Shown here piece after piece: positions 12,893-26,596 of a stretch of 64,000 bases of DNA. The notes beneath the pieces were generated by a model. That model was not told the origin of the DNA, ran no database searches, and saw only the letters and a list, made by a program, of their open reading frames with translations. Source of the stretch: Octopus sinensis (Eukaryota). How positions within the stretch are numbered: position 1 is the first letter of the stretch; every line of letters starts with the position of its first letter. The stretch is from assembly GCF_006345805.1 (NCBI RefSeq), contig NW_021835562.1, forward strand, positions 1 through 64,000. The letters run 5' to 3'. The position numbers and the translations under genes are program-made.

Positions 12893-14011
12893 TACATACA
12901 TACATACACACATACATACATACATACATACATACATACATACATACATACATACATACATACATACATACATACATTACATACATACATGCATACATGC
13001 ATGCATGCATTCATACATACATACATACATACATACATACGTACGTACGTACGTACGTACATACATACATACACACATACATACATACACACACATACAT
13101 ACATACATACATACATACATACATACATACATACATACATACACACACACACATACATACATACATAAATACACACATACATACATACATACATACATAC
13201 ATACATACAATCATGCATGCATATATACATACATACATACATACATACATACACACACACATACATACATACATACATACGTACATACATACATACGTAC
13301 ATACATACATACAAACATACATACATACATACATACGTACGTACGTACACACACACATACATACATACATACATACATACATACAAACATACACACACAC
13401 ATACATACATACATACGTACATACATACATACGTACATACATACATACATACATACATACATACGTACGTACGTACATACATACATACATACATACATGT
13501 ATACATACATACACACATACATACATACATACATACATACACACACACATACATGCATGCATATATACATACATACATACATACATACATACATACATAC
13601 ACATACATACATACATACATACATAAATACACACATACATACATACATACATACATACATACAATCATGCATGCATATATACATACATACATACATACAT
13701 ACACACACACATACATGCATGCATATATACATACATACATACATACATACACCACACATACATACATACATACATACATGCATTCATACATACGTACATA
13801 CATACATACATACGTACATACATACATACATTCATACATACATACATACACACACAAACACATACATACATACATACATACATACATACACACATACATA
13901 CATACAAGCATGCATGCATACGTACATACATACATACACACACACGTACATACATACATACATAAATACATACACACACACGTACATACATATATACATA
14001 CATACATACAC

Positions 14012-14042
<31 letters not shown>

Positions 14043-14479
14043 TACATACATACATACATACATACATACATACATACATACATACATACATACGTACGTA
14101 CATACATACATACATACATACATACACACATACATACATGCATACATACACACACACATACATACATGCATACATACATACATGCACACATACATACATA
14201 TATACATACACACACACACATACATACATATACACACATACACATACATACATACATACATACATACATACATACACATATATATACATACATGCATGCA
14301 TGCATACATACATACATACATACATACACACACACATACATACATACATACATACATACATACATACACACACACATACATACATACACACATACATACA
14401 TATATACATACATACATACATACATACATACACACACATACATACATACATACATACATACATACATACATACATACAT
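12720..14479. repeat. About 1.76 kb (CATA)n microsatellite with CGTA/CACA/CATG variants
   Basis: Direct inspection; explains all HTYI and MYVC ORFs here. Confidence 0.98.
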
Positions 14480-14480
14480 G

Positions 14481-14689
14481 CGAAGGGTGCTCAAAAGTTC
14501 TTGGCTTTGAGCAAAAGAAAATACAGGAATTAATTATGATTTTGTTCAACGTAATCCCCTCTCAGATCCACACATTTATTGCAGCGGTCCTTCAGTTTTT
14601 CAGAGCTCTGTAAAAGAACTAGAAAGGTTGGTCCTCCAACCAGGACTTTCGCATCACCCTTAAAGCCAAGAACTTTTCAGCACTCCATA
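14481..14689. mobile_element. Mariner-type MITE (about 210 bp)
   Basis: TIRs CGAAGGGTGCTCAAAAGTTCTTGGCTTT and AAAGCCAAGAACTTTTCAGCACTCC. Confidence 0.75.
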
Positions 14690-14722
14690 TATGATGATAT
14701 AGGGAATTGTAGTCTGCATTGG

Positions 14723-15146
14723 GGATCTTTTCGGTTTGAACGGCAGTTTTTTCTAGCGGTGTCATATGAAATTGTCACCCATAATTATGAACCTAGTATC
14801 GATCTATTGCATTTCAATCTGTTTTAGGGTTAGTGTTAGGATTAGGGTTGGGGGGGGCGGTATCTTTTTTCTTCAGAATTGTAAATAAACCCAATCTGTT
14901 TCTTAAATGAGGGACATATTCATATGGCACAGAATGTTTTTTTACCTCAATAGACGTCAGTGATTGGTTGAAATTTCAGAAATTTAAGAAAAAAAACAAC
15001 AAATATCTTACAAACTATAGAATTTTCTCAATAAAGCCAAGAGAAAAAGATGTTTTATAAACACATTCTACCAGTATACGAAGTTTAAAAGTGTTTAGTT
15101 ACGTGGAAATTATTTTTAAAAACTGCTGTTCAAACCGAAAAGATCC
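14723..15146 (+). mobile_element. MITE, GGATC family, copy 3
   Basis: TIRs; TSD TGCATTGG (14715-14722, 15147-15154). Confidence 0.95.
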
Positions 15147-15384
15147 TGCATTGGTGTAGTGTAGATTAGTATAATATGGTTTGAAGTGTGAGGTATGGTA
15201 TGGTCTGGGGTATAGTAAGATGCAGTGTGATGTCATGGGATGTAGTGTGATGTAGTGCGCTGTATTATGATATTGTGAAGTGCTGGACAGTGTATATACG
15301 CGTGGATCGATCCTGTTCGGTATGTTGCGTCGAAGTATAATATCATTTGGTAATAATCTTGTCTATGATATTACGTTCTTGCTT

Positions 15385-15435
15385 GGTGCGGTGCGGTGCG
15401 GTGCGGTGCGGTGCGGTGCGGTGCGGTGCGGTGCG
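15385..15435. repeat. (GGTGC)n pentanucleotide repeat
   Basis: About 10 perfect units. Confidence 0.95.
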
Positions 15436-16009
15436 AATTGGTGTGGTTTTTATCTGATCCGTTATAGTATGATGTGGTCTACTCTCAGGCGTTTGTCTAA
15501 TATTCTCTCGTGGGGATCGGTATAGTGTGTGGTGTGGCGCACACACTTAGTTCTGTCTGTTAAGATGAAGTATGTTGTATTCTGGAGTGTCTAATCAACG
15601 GCGGAGAGACAGAGTTAAAGATGGCAAAGAAGAAAAAAAGAGAAACAAAGAAAGAATAAAAAAAAAAAGAAAATCGGAGAAAAACAAAAAGTGATGTAAT
15701 ATAGAAATGTGTGATTGGGCAATATTGTAATGTAATAATAGAAGAGGGTCGGCCGAGACAGCAGGAAGTCGATATAGAGTATTGGTTCCTGTTTCCGACC
15801 AGAAACACCAGCTAAATCGATGCTATCGATTCGTGACACACCGCAGTGAAAATGTAAATGTGATTCGAAAAGCTGGTAATTACATATTTTCATGAAAGGT
15901 CACTTAGAAAGAGCAAACGACCGAGGAAAAAAAGAAAAAAGGAAAAAAAAAGGAAAGTAACGGAAATTAATGAATTTCAAGTAACGAACTTATGCATTTG
16001 TCGACATTG

Positions 16010-16099
16010 TAATATATGTATATATAGATATATATCTATAATATATATATATTATTATATATTATATATATATGTAATATATATATAGTACATATATAT

Positions 16100-16139
<40 letters not shown>

Positions 16140-16191
16140 CATATGTATATATATATATGTACATACATAGATACATATTTACATATATATA

Positions 16192-16240
<49 letters not shown>

Positions 16241-16736
16241 CATATGTAATATATATATGTACATACATAGATACATATATATATACATATATATATATGT
16301 ATATAAAGTATTATATATATATAATATAATATATATATATTAGTATCTAGTATGTATGCATATCATATTTATATATATAATGTATATAATATATTATATA
16401 TTATCATATATATATATATAATTATATATATATATATATATATATAGATAATATATATACTATGTATGTATGCCATCATATATATATATATATTATATAT
16501 ATATATATTATCTATTATTATAACAATGTAATAAAAGAAATACATTCGTTTTTGTTTTGGCTCTTCTTTTTTTTGTTTAGTTCTGTACTTGTGTGCGAGT
16601 TTGTCCGTGAGAGAATGTGAGAGAGAAAAGCAAAAAGAGAGGGAGGGAGGGAGAAGGGAAGGGAGAAAGGGTGGGCGTCTCCAAGTGTCTCCTTTTCTGA
16701 TACTGTATTTGTATAGACACGTTAGAATTATAAAGA

Positions 16737-16779
<43 letters not shown>

Positions 16780-16780
16780 G

Positions 16781-16850
<70 letters not shown>

Positions 16851-16955
16851 CATAGATAGATAGATACATAGGTGGGTAGATAGATAGATAGATAGATAGA
16901 TAATACATACATACATACATACATACATACATACATACATACATACATACATAAA
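16010..16955. repeat. Compound microsatellite block: (TA)n, (TG)n, (GATA)n, (CATA)n
   Basis: Direct inspection; about 200 bp of non-repeat sequence inside. Confidence 0.9.
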
Positions 16956-17337
16956 TAAATAATTATACGATAGACGTATACGAACAATAAGATATTAAGT
17001 AAAATTTTAAGCCATCTAAGCGAGATTGTTAATAATCTTGAGTACTCAAGTACTTAGTCAGTGCTCTAATTTCTCTGTGAATATACTTATAGAGATAGAG
17101 AGGGAGAGAGAGACAGACAGACAGACAGACAGAAAGACAAATACATATATATATACAAAGATGTATACCTACATGTATATATTACACATTTATGCAAATA
17201 AATATACTCATACATAAAGAAAAACATATACATATACGTATACACTCTCGCACAGGCATATATTCACACTCGCCGCATACTTGAATATACATATACATAT
17301 ATGTACATATGTATAGAGGTACACACACACACACATG

Positions 17338-17385
<48 letters not shown>

Positions 17386-17632
17386 CACCCTCCTATCAAT
17401 CAACACACAACCGCATATCTATCTACGAACACACATATATATACAAATATATACATATATAAATATATATGTGTGTGTGTGTTTATGTGTGTGTGTTTAT
17501 GTATGTATGGTGTAATAATTACAATAATTTGACTTGTATGTATGAATATTCGAATTTTCCACTTGGTGGGTATTGTCGAAAAATGTAGATATGAAAACTG
17601 CTAATGAGAGTATGAGGATATAAATTTTAAAA

Positions 17633-17762
17633 AAGCACCGCCTTAAACGGTTTTAGTCGAAGAAATCGACCCTAGGACTTATTCTAACGGTCTCTTTTGC
17701 CGAACAGCTAAGTTACGGGGACGTAACACACCAGCATCGGTTGTCAAGCGATGTTGGGGGGG
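17633..17762 (-). mobile_element. SINE-A 3' module fragment
   Basis: gtctcttttgccgaacagctaagttacggggacgtaacacaccagcatcggttgtcaagcg matches the family. Confidence 0.8.
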
Positions 17763-17776
17763 AAACACACACAAAA

Positions 17777-17825
<49 letters not shown>

Positions 17826-17844
17826 CATTATATATAATATATAC

Positions 17845-17876
<32 letters not shown>

Positions 17877-17915
17877 ATATATATATATAATAATATCTAA
17901 TATATAATATATATA

Positions 17916-19580
17916 TATAAAATAATATGTTACAATTACTCAATAGTCAAGATAAAACTCTGAGTTTCAGATGCCGAAGTGGAAATCTACAACACCATCT
18001 CTTCGGTTATCTGGCCATCTGAAAAACGCTATGAAAAAATACCGTTATATAATGGGAAAATACTGTGTTATAATTCTGCTACTTATATAAATTAAGATTA
18101 AAAGTTCATAGTAAACACGTAAACATGGCTAGTCATACGCTCACATGTGCGCTCGCGGACCCACGTGCATACTTATACGTCACTATGGAAACGTACACAT
18201 CTTCACTCGCATTTTTCGCCAAATGTATACGCATATATATACAAACTCATACACACACACGCGTACCGTAAAAGTTCATACATACGTCTATATACGCACA
18301 AGCAGAAGAAAAAACATGGTTAAAGGTAACAGAAAAAACATAAAGAAGTATACAAAGCGTAAAAACCACGTTCATATACGGACATGCCCTTATGCACTCA
18401 TACACACACACGCCCATATATGTACATACCCGCACATGTTTATATACGCATACACACACACGCATACACAAAAAATGAATATACATATGCCCCCTAAAAA
18501 AACCTTTAAAAATTGTAAAAATACTAAGTAAAAACGTCTATATATATATGCATTCTTATGCCCGCACACACGCACACATCTAAAACTGCCCACTCATACA
18601 TATTCACACACGTGTACAAATAAATCTATATACACATCTATATAGGCACAGGAAAAAATGCAGGATGGAAGAGTACAGAAAAAATTATTATGTGTGAAAA
18701 TATAAAAATATATGAAATAATAAAAGGTATAATGAAATAAAAAACTTTTTTGGACATAATATAGAAAGCAAGTTTTATCTGTTTTCTTTAGAGGACCAAA
18801 AACGTAACAAAAATTTTGTCACGTATGGGCATGATCCGAAAAGTTCTGTCCTTGAGTTTAGACATGTAGTAGGGTCTAAGCTGCTTTTCCAGATAAGCCA
18901 TCTCTCCATGTCGCATAGACCGCACTTTCTCGCTGCCGTTGGTGTAGGGCTGTGGGCTTACATTGGCCAAAATCTCCAATGGATGTTATAATTGACACCT
19001 TCATCTTTTAAAGACCTAATATGATTAGATAATTTTGTCGCTTTTCTTTTGTTCCAGTGCCTAAAACTCAAGGTGTGGTTATTGCACCTGGCCTTGAAAT
19101 TACTCTCTGTAAAGCCCACGTATTTCTTTGGCGAAACGGTGTCTTTAGTGGTTATAGAGTCCACGGTAGCTTCATAGATGATGGTCTCGGACATGCATGC
19201 TCCATTTAGCGGGCACAATTTTTTATTCCTGCATGAACAGCTGTTTTCTTGTTGTGACTAGCCATGTTTACGTGTTTACTATGAACTTTTAATCTTAATT
19301 TATATAAGTAGCAGAATTATAACACAGTAATTTCCCTTTATATAACGGTATTTTTTCATAGCGTTTTTCAGATGGCCAGATAACTGAAGAGATGGTGTTG
19401 TGGATTTCCACTTCGGCATCTGAAACTCAGAGTTTTATCTTGACTATTGAGTAATTGTAACATATTATTTTATAGATAATTTCCTCTACATAATATTGAG
19501 TTCTCTTTCTTTCTTTTGTTATCTTACCGTTTTTACCAATATATATATATATATATATGCACGACGGACTTCTTTCAGTT
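17916..19580 (-). mobile_element. 5'-truncated Penelope-like element (GIY-YIG endonuclease fragment) flanked by 220-bp inverted repeats
   Basis: Minus strand 18790-19254: CSCRNKKLCPLNGACMSETIIYEATV...KKYVGFTESNFKARCNNHTLSF...ATKLSNHIRSLK...W.KIL...PYTNG. Inverted repeats at 17916-18135 and 19255-19474. Confidence 0.85.
19378..19440 (+). ncRNA. Hammerhead-ribozyme-like motif (family H3, non-canonical)
   Basis: Helix I AGAUAA/UUAUCU, core CUGAAGA, helix II GAUG...CAUC, extra U, GAAA, helix III ACUC-A-GAGU, GUU site. Confidence 0.4.
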
Positions 19581-19715
19581 TCCGCCTACCAAATCCACTC
19601 ACAAGGCTTTGGTCGGCCCGAGGTTATAATAGAAGACATTTTCCCAATGTGTCACGCAGTAGGATTGAATCCAGAACCATGCGGGTGGTAAGTAAGCTTC
19701 TTACCACACAGCCAC
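19560..19715 (-). mobile_element. SINE-A head fragment
   Basis: cttctttcagtttccgcctaccaaatccactcacaaggctttggtcggcccgagg...cttaccacacagccac. Confidence 0.85.
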
Positions 19716-19876
19716 GCCAGCTCAACCTAATTTCGCAAAAGTTGCAAAGTACATTTATCCGAAACTACTAAAATATATATACAATATTTACACACCGATG
19801 CATGATCTGATGATTCTGCCAGCTCGCTGCCTTAAGAATAATAATAATCCTTTCTATTATTTTGTTACCCTTTAAA

Positions 19877-20241
19877 ATGGAAGATAAGAAAGTTCATTTT
19901 TAGCACTTGATGCTTTTTTTTTCCGTAAAAGGAAAAATGCCTCACAAGCAACCAAAGAAATATGCGCAGTTTACGGTGATGTTTCTTTATCTGAAAGAAC
20001 TGTACGGAAGTGGTTCGCAAAGTTTCGAGCTGTAGTTTGTAGCCTTATTGATAAAGAGTGATCAGGCAGACCACCCACTACAGATGATAATCAAATCAAG
20101 TCATTAATTGAGAATAACCCACATTGCACAACCCGAGAATTGACAGAAAGCCTCAACCTATCAAAATCCGTCGTTCATGAGCACCTGGTAAAGTTTGAGT
20201 ACACAAATTGCTACGATGTTTGGGTACCACATGAGTTGAGT
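19877..20241 (+). mobile_element. Mariner transposase N-terminal pseudogene fragment
   Basis: MEDKKVHF...KNASQATKEICAVYGD...ERTVRKWFAKF...SGRP...TTRELTESLNLSKSVVHEHL...WVPHELS (HTH plus WVPHEL). Confidence 0.9.
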
Positions 20242-20360
20242 AAATAATAGGGATCTTCATAGAAAAAAGAACCCTTTTTGAAATAAATAATATAGATAAT
20301 AGATACTATATATATATATATAGATATATATATATATATATATATATAAGATATATTATG

Positions 20361-20581
20361 TATCTATAAAATAATATGTTAATTACTCAATAGTCAAGAT
20401 GAAACTCTGAGTTTCAGATGCCGAAGAGATGGTGTTGTGGATTTCCACTTCGGCATCTGAAACTCAGAGTTTTATCTTGACTATTGAGTAATGGTAAACA
20501 TATATTTATAGATAAATTTCCTCTATTTACATAATTATTGAGGTCTCTTTCTTTCTTTTGTTATCTTACCGTTTTTACCAA
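20361..20581. mobile_element. Fold-back (hairpin) derivative of the H3 Penelope terminus
   Basis: Arms about 20361-20426 and 20448-20514, joined through CCGAAG; the right side continues as in 19475-19540 and ends in (AT)n. Confidence 0.85.
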
Positions 20582-20598
20582 TATATATATATATGTAG

Positions 20599-20629
<31 letters not shown>

Positions 20630-20638
20630 GTATATATA

Positions 20639-20680
<42 letters not shown>

Positions 20681-20816
20681 TATAATACGTCTATATACAT
20701 GTATATATATGCGTGTGTTGTGTATATCTATATATATATATATATATATATACAGACTGACAGACAGACAAACAGACAGACGACAGACATATAGATAGAT
20801 AGATAGATATATAGAT

Positions 20817-20881
<65 letters not shown>

Positions 20882-21150
20882 GAGGATGAAAGTGAGAGGA
20901 ATGATTTTAACAGATAAAGACAGGAGGACATTCAATGCTATGTTGGTGGTGTTGAATGTAATATTGTAAGCAGTGAAAATGTTTTGTGGCTGCAGTGAAA
21001 ATGTTTTGTGACATGAACTAATTCTAAAGTAACATTCAACACTCATCTAAGGTCACCCATCTGTTTTACATAACGTATCCTTCTCTACCTGTGTAAGAAA
21101 CCTGGATTTAATTCGATCAGTCTGCGTATCAACTACATACATATTATATA

Positions 21151-21183
21151 TGGAGTGGCTGTGTGGTAAGTAGCTTGCTAACC
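21151..21183 (+). mobile_element. SINE-A 5' head, split by Tx1 insertion
   Basis: TGGAGTGGCTGTGTGGTAAGTAGCTTGCTAACC; the remainder resumes at 26597. Confidence 0.9.
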
Positions 21184-21573
21184 TCACTGACAGAAGAGTG
21201 ACTTTACTTACCGTACTACGGTTTGGACGCGTTTTCTTCCCGGTAAGAGTTTTGCTGTGTTGTTAATTGTTGAATTCCTACTACTGAAAATTTGCTTTTA
21301 AACGTTGCTGAACTGTCTTGTTTTCCGGTTTTTAGGGAAATAATTGAATAATATTCTTACCGTTGAACTGTTAGCCACTGTGGCTTTTTATTTACGTGAC
21401 TATATATAGTCCTGCCAGACTATTTCCGTGCCCCTCCCCCGAATGGGGGGTGGGAATTGGAATTTTTGAACTGCTTTTTTGAACGACTTTGGAAGAAAAA
21501 CTTTCTATAGGTTTCCCAGTTTTGTGGGAAACCAATACTCGTAATTTTTGTGTTGTCTAATTTCAACAGAATA

Positions 21574-22954
21574 ATGTCTGTTGAAATTATTCACGAAAGT
21601 AGTGCTCTTGAGGAGAGCAATGTTAAAAAATTTTCTGCGGTAGCCGCAGTGGCTACCGAGAACATTGACATCGATGTCAACCGCTCGTCGAGCTATTTAA
21701 AAGAATGCAAAGGAGGGTGGTGATGTTAAAATATCACCCTCCGCCAGTATCGTGGAGACCGAGAAGCGGACGTAGTGTTTAAAACTTTCTGTCCACAAAG
21801 CAGAAGGTTCAAACACTTTGAAAAAGCACCATCGAGAAATGCCTGTCCCCGATTGGAAGGACATCGTGTACGTCGCCAGGGGACGGGCATATGGCACTGT
21901 GGATGTCCGCTTCTCGGGGGAAGAAATGGCCCGCGGGCATTCTGTGAACCCCCTAAAAACCAAGGAGGTGGTACTTTTTCCAAGCTATAGGGGACGCAGG
22001 ACGTCCCGGGTCAGGATTGTAGAAGCCCCGCCGGAAGTAGATCCGGTAGAGGTAGTGGCCGCCCTGTTATATAAAAGGGCGGACAAATAAAAATACTAGA
22101 AGTAACATGCTCTACCCCTCGATTTTGGCTCGGGCGTAACATTAATATATAATTCAGGAACAGCGGAGGACCTGCAGCTCCTTCCTGAGAGGGTGCTCGT
22201 GGGCGAGAACGTAGCCCTCAGGGTACAGGTCGAAGGGCCGAAAACCCACCTGTTACGCCTGCGGCAAAAAGGGCCACATTCGTGTAGACTGTCCAGACAA
22301 GCAAAAGAAACCGCAGACACCAGGCCCCTCAGATAAAAAAAGTCCCTACCCTTGCAAACACACCTACCCCTACAAAAACAAAAAATCCCACTCCTGCTGT
22401 TACGGTGCCAACCCCAAAACAGACTGAAGAAAAAACCCAGCCCTCGCACTCACAAACCCCTACACTATTAAAACCTCCACCCCTTAAAAACTGCGGCGCC
22501 TACCGAACAAACTATTGCTACCCCAGACGATACCATGGGGTATCAGAGGGGGGATTTACACCAGTTCGTAAAAGAATTCGTGCAGCATCCCCGTCCACAT
22601 CCCCTCAAAAAATAATAAAAACAAAGACACACCACAGACACGGAAAAAAAACCGCTCAACTGGCCCAGAAAAAGAAGACAAAAAGAAAATGAACTCATAT
22701 TAATTGAATTCGACACACAGACAAATACATAAACGATATTGTGGTTCAGCATCAGTCAGCAAGACTGTACAACAAACAAAGATCGAAAAAGAACACGCGT
22801 GGATTGCGGAAACAACGTTCAAACAATTAAAAGACAGACACCCAAACGCATCCGGCATATCGCGAACTTGCCGGACTATCTGAGAAGAGAGAAAGAAAGA
22901 AGGGGCCCACAAACGTGTGGTGAGGTCGGCCCCCACCTCTCCAACGAAATGTAA
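21574..22954 (+). pseudogene. Tx1 ORF1 (gag-like; interrupted in this sequence)
   Basis: MSVEIIHES...; YRGRRTSRVRIVEAPPEV segment; CX2CX4HX4C knuckle CYACGKKGHIRVDC at 22251-22292. Confidence 0.8.
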
Positions 22955-22975
22955 GTAGAACTTTTACTTTTTGTA

Positions 22976-25900
22976 ATGGCTTCGCTTAACCTTGGTTGTT
23001 TAAATGTGCGTGGTTTGAGTTCGAAGTGGAAGCAGGCTTGTTTCCTCGACGACCTCAGATCACATGATATACATGTGATGGTTGCTACAGAGACCAAGCT
23101 GGACAGCCTACAAACCTTCTCACCTCTCCTGAATGGCTACGAGAAAATCATGTGTCTCCTGGCCACCGGAGGGCGAGGGGGCGTAGTGGTACTGATCCGT
23201 AAAGACTTGGCTCTACAGACATGTACAGTCTATGTAGACCCAGAAGGTGGGCTGGTCGTCCTTGATGTGACATACAGCAGTAAGGCCTTCAGGTTGATCG
23301 GACGCTATGCACCTTGTGCTAGAGGTTTCCAAACTGATTTTTATCGGCGCCTAGAGGGCTTTCTCGTGACGTCGAAGACTTTAGTGATATTAGGGGACTT
23401 TAATGCTATCGTTGACGTACACATCGATAGCGTTGGCTCGATCTATAGGAAAGTAAACTCACGTCTCGTGGATCTGCTTAAGCGGTTTCAGCTAGCAGAT
23501 CGTTACAGACTTGACCATCCGAACGTCCCAGAGTGGACCTGGATGAGTGGCGACGGAAGGTTCAAGTCTTATCTAGACAGGATAGTGATAAGAACTAGAG
23601 AGAAGTCTAGTTTTAGTTGTCCACAGCTCGTCCAGGTGCCCTATTCTGACCATAAAATGGTCACGTGTAGACTGGACATAGATAGCACACTTAAGATAGG
23701 AACCGGCTACTGGAAGCTGAACAAGTCTATTTTGACACGCGAGGCATACCGTAGCCGGATTAAGGTGTTAGTGCAGAGGGCGTTAACCGGAGCCGTGGTT
23801 AATAACCGGTGGTGGTTCACCCTCAAAAGAGCCATTCGATTCGAGTCCATTAGATTTAGTAAACAACTAAGACTAGATAGGGCTAGAATAGAAGGGCAAC
23901 TAGTTAAGAACTTAGAGGAGGCGTTGAGGTTGGGCTCTGCATCTCACATTTTGGGCGAGAACGGCATTAGACCGTCACCTCAAAACCAAACATGAGGGAT
24001 GTAGAGTCCGGGCTAAAGTAGGAGCATTGGGCCGTGTGAGGGAATTAATGTTGCCGGATGGGCCCGTACGATAGAAACACAGCGTGGAAACGATGCCACA
24101 ATTGGGTTTCTTGTTGATGAAAACGGAATGCACGATCAAGAAGCGGGACGAGAATGTGTGAGGCACTTCACAAGCACTTCGCCGAGTTGTTCGGGAGGGG
24201 CGGGACGCTGGATCATGGTGAGGCCCTTAGGGACTTCCTGTCTGGTGGCCCGCGCCTCTCGACACGAGAGGCTGAGTGCTGTGAAGGGCCAATCACAGCC
24301 GAGGAAGTAATTGGGTGTTGGGCAAGTGCCCCGGGGAGAAGTCGCCGGGTCTCGATGGTCTGCCCTATGAATTTTATAGAAGTATGCCAGATGTTCGGGC
24401 ACCTGCTGGCTAGCGTCTACGCCAACTGGCAGCAGAATGGGAGAATTCCCAAGTCTGCGAGCCGGGGGGCGGTGACGTTGATCAGGAAGGACCCGAACAA
24501 GGGGGACGAGATAGGGAACTTCAGGCCCATAACTCTTTAAACACAGAGTTAAAGATTCTGGCCAAGGTGCTAGCAAAAAGGTTGGCGCGGGTCGTGGACA
24601 AACTTGTCGGGGAAGCGCAAACGTGCGCTATCCCCGGCAGAACGATCCACGACAATCTCCACCTTATACGCTACTCCTTAGAGAGGGTGGGGAAGCTTTC
24701 TGCGCAGGGGGAGCACTGGTACATTTAGACCAGTCCAAAGCATTTGATAGGGTCGACCATCGGTACCTGGCGGCGGTCCTCGGAGAGGCTGGCCTAGGCC
24801 CGACCTTTCGAGGTTGGATCGCTGCTTTGTATAGCGACATCGAGTCTGTAGTCAAGGTGAACGGTTCCTTTTCGAAGCCGTTCAGGATCGAGCTTTCAGT
24901 TCGTCAAGGGTGTCCCCTGTCCTCGCTCCTATACGTATTGGCTCTTGAGCCTTTGTTGCGGAAGTTGGAGGCACTAGGGGGCGCGCCGCATGATCTATGG
25001 TGTGGAAGAGGAGCTACGGCGTATGCGGATGACACCTCCATCATCGTGGCAGACGAAGGCCAGCTTCCAGTGGTGGAAGAGGCCATCAAAAGCTACGAGG
25101 CGGTGGCAGGAGCAAAGGTTAACAAGGACAAGTCGGTCGGTTTGCAACTCGGCACCTGGAGGGGCAAGCCGATGCCGTCCAATAACGTCGTAGGGCGTTG
25201 GACGGAAGGTCCTGTTAAGCTGCTCGGAGTCTGGTTCGGGCCAGACCTCCAGATTGAGAAAAATTGGAGTGAGGTGGCCAACAAGGTGACCGCTCTAACC
25301 CAGACCTGGTCTGGGCGGGCGTTATCCCTGCTAGGGAAGGCGGAGGTGGTGCAGATGTTTATAGCATCAGTAATCACCTACCGTCTGACCGTGGTGCTTG
25401 CCCCGATTTGTGGATGAACAAGTTGGAGAGAATCCTTTTCCCGATTTTTGTGGAAAGGAGGAAAGCCACTTGTAAAGCGCTCTGTCTGCTGCCAGAAACC
25501 GCTAAAGGTGGGCTAGGGATGCCTTGCTGAGGATGCGAAAACTCGCGTTAAGGTTGAGGCACCTCTGGCTTTACCTGGATGGAGAGCAGGTGTGGTCGCC
25601 GCACGTCCGGTTCTACCTTCCCCAGTTAACATCCCTAACGGACATCGGTGCATGGATCAAGCGGAGACCTAAAACTGAGTGAATGGGCATTTGGAGTGCC
25701 GTCAGGCGCTCCAGCTACTATCTCGGGTGGGCAACGCCGGCAACAGGAGTTCCACCACGGATTTCTATAGCGGGTTGTGGAGGATTAGTCCGAAGACGCC
25801 TTGGGGGAGACCCTGGGCTACGATGAAAATCAGTTGGTCAACCTGTTCCGGAGGACGTTCGGGCCGGGGTATCTGGATAATTACCAGAAATCCCTGGCCT

Positions 25901-26370
25901 GGCAGTGTTTCCGTGCGGCTTTACCTGTTCGCGACAAGCTGTCAAGGCACGGTAGTGCCGTCTCGCCGACATGCCCGCGATGTGAGCAGGATAGGGAGAC
26001 CGTCTTGCACGCATTCGTGGAGTGTCCGGAGTTATCGGGCTGATAGCTTTTGTTGAACAACTGTTGTCAGTGATGGGAAGAGTACAGCTATCAGCTGAGT
26101 CTATCATCGAGATTGTGCCGCCCCCTTTCCTTAACAGGGAAAGAAAGGCTTTTTTTTCTGTGTAGTAGCCATACTGAAAGAAACAGTATGGAAGACGCGT
26201 ACCAAAGGTATAGTGACAGGCACCTTTGTCTCCGGCCAGGGTTGATTAACTTTTTTAGTTACCACCTCAGTAGCAAAATCAGGCTGGAGAAGAGGTGTCT
26301 GTCACGAGATATGTTTGTGAAAAGATGGAAGCCTGTGGCATACAAGATGGGTATGTTTGGCACCAGGTAG
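22976..26370 (+). pseudogene. Tx1 ORF2: APE endonuclease, reverse transcriptase and CCHC zinc finger (frameshifted in this sequence)
   Basis: CLNVRGL, ATETKL, LGDFNA, YLDRI, SDHKMV; NFRPITL, LDQSKAFDRVDH, VRQGCPLS, AYADD; CPRCEQDRETVLHAFVEC. Confidence 0.92.
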
Positions 26371-26596
26371 TGTGACCGGATCAGAAAGTAAAGGTTCTAC
26401 CCGGATGGCTGGGTGTCCGTCCTTCGACATGATCATTAATATTTTTAAACATTGCCTTCGTAAAATTCATGTTTATAATCTTATCCGTAATTTCATTCGA
26501 AAATTGTAACTGTGTTAAGCTACTTCACCCTTTATATTTGTCTGTCCTTGTTTGTCCCCTCTTTGTAAATGCCTAAATGGCAAATTATATGAAATA

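Larger units (their letters stand above)
21184..26596 (+). mobile_element. Full-length Tx1/L1-clade non-LTR retrotransposon (about 5.4 kb)
   Basis: 16-bp TSD AAGTAGCTTGCTAACC (21168-21183, 26597-26612); ORF1 with CCHC knuckle; ORF2 APE-RT-zinc finger; AATAAA at 3' end. Confidence 0.93.

Noticed and set aside
12659-14613. Long HTYI and MYVC ORFs up to 613 aa
   Set aside because: Translations of (CATA)n; the same applies to all YI, CV and HT ORFs in the track.
15742-15875. Open frame ending at GCTG|GTAATT (…SRYRVLVPVSDQKHQLNRCYRF…)
   Set aside because: No pyrimidine tract or in-frame ATG, and no phase partner found.
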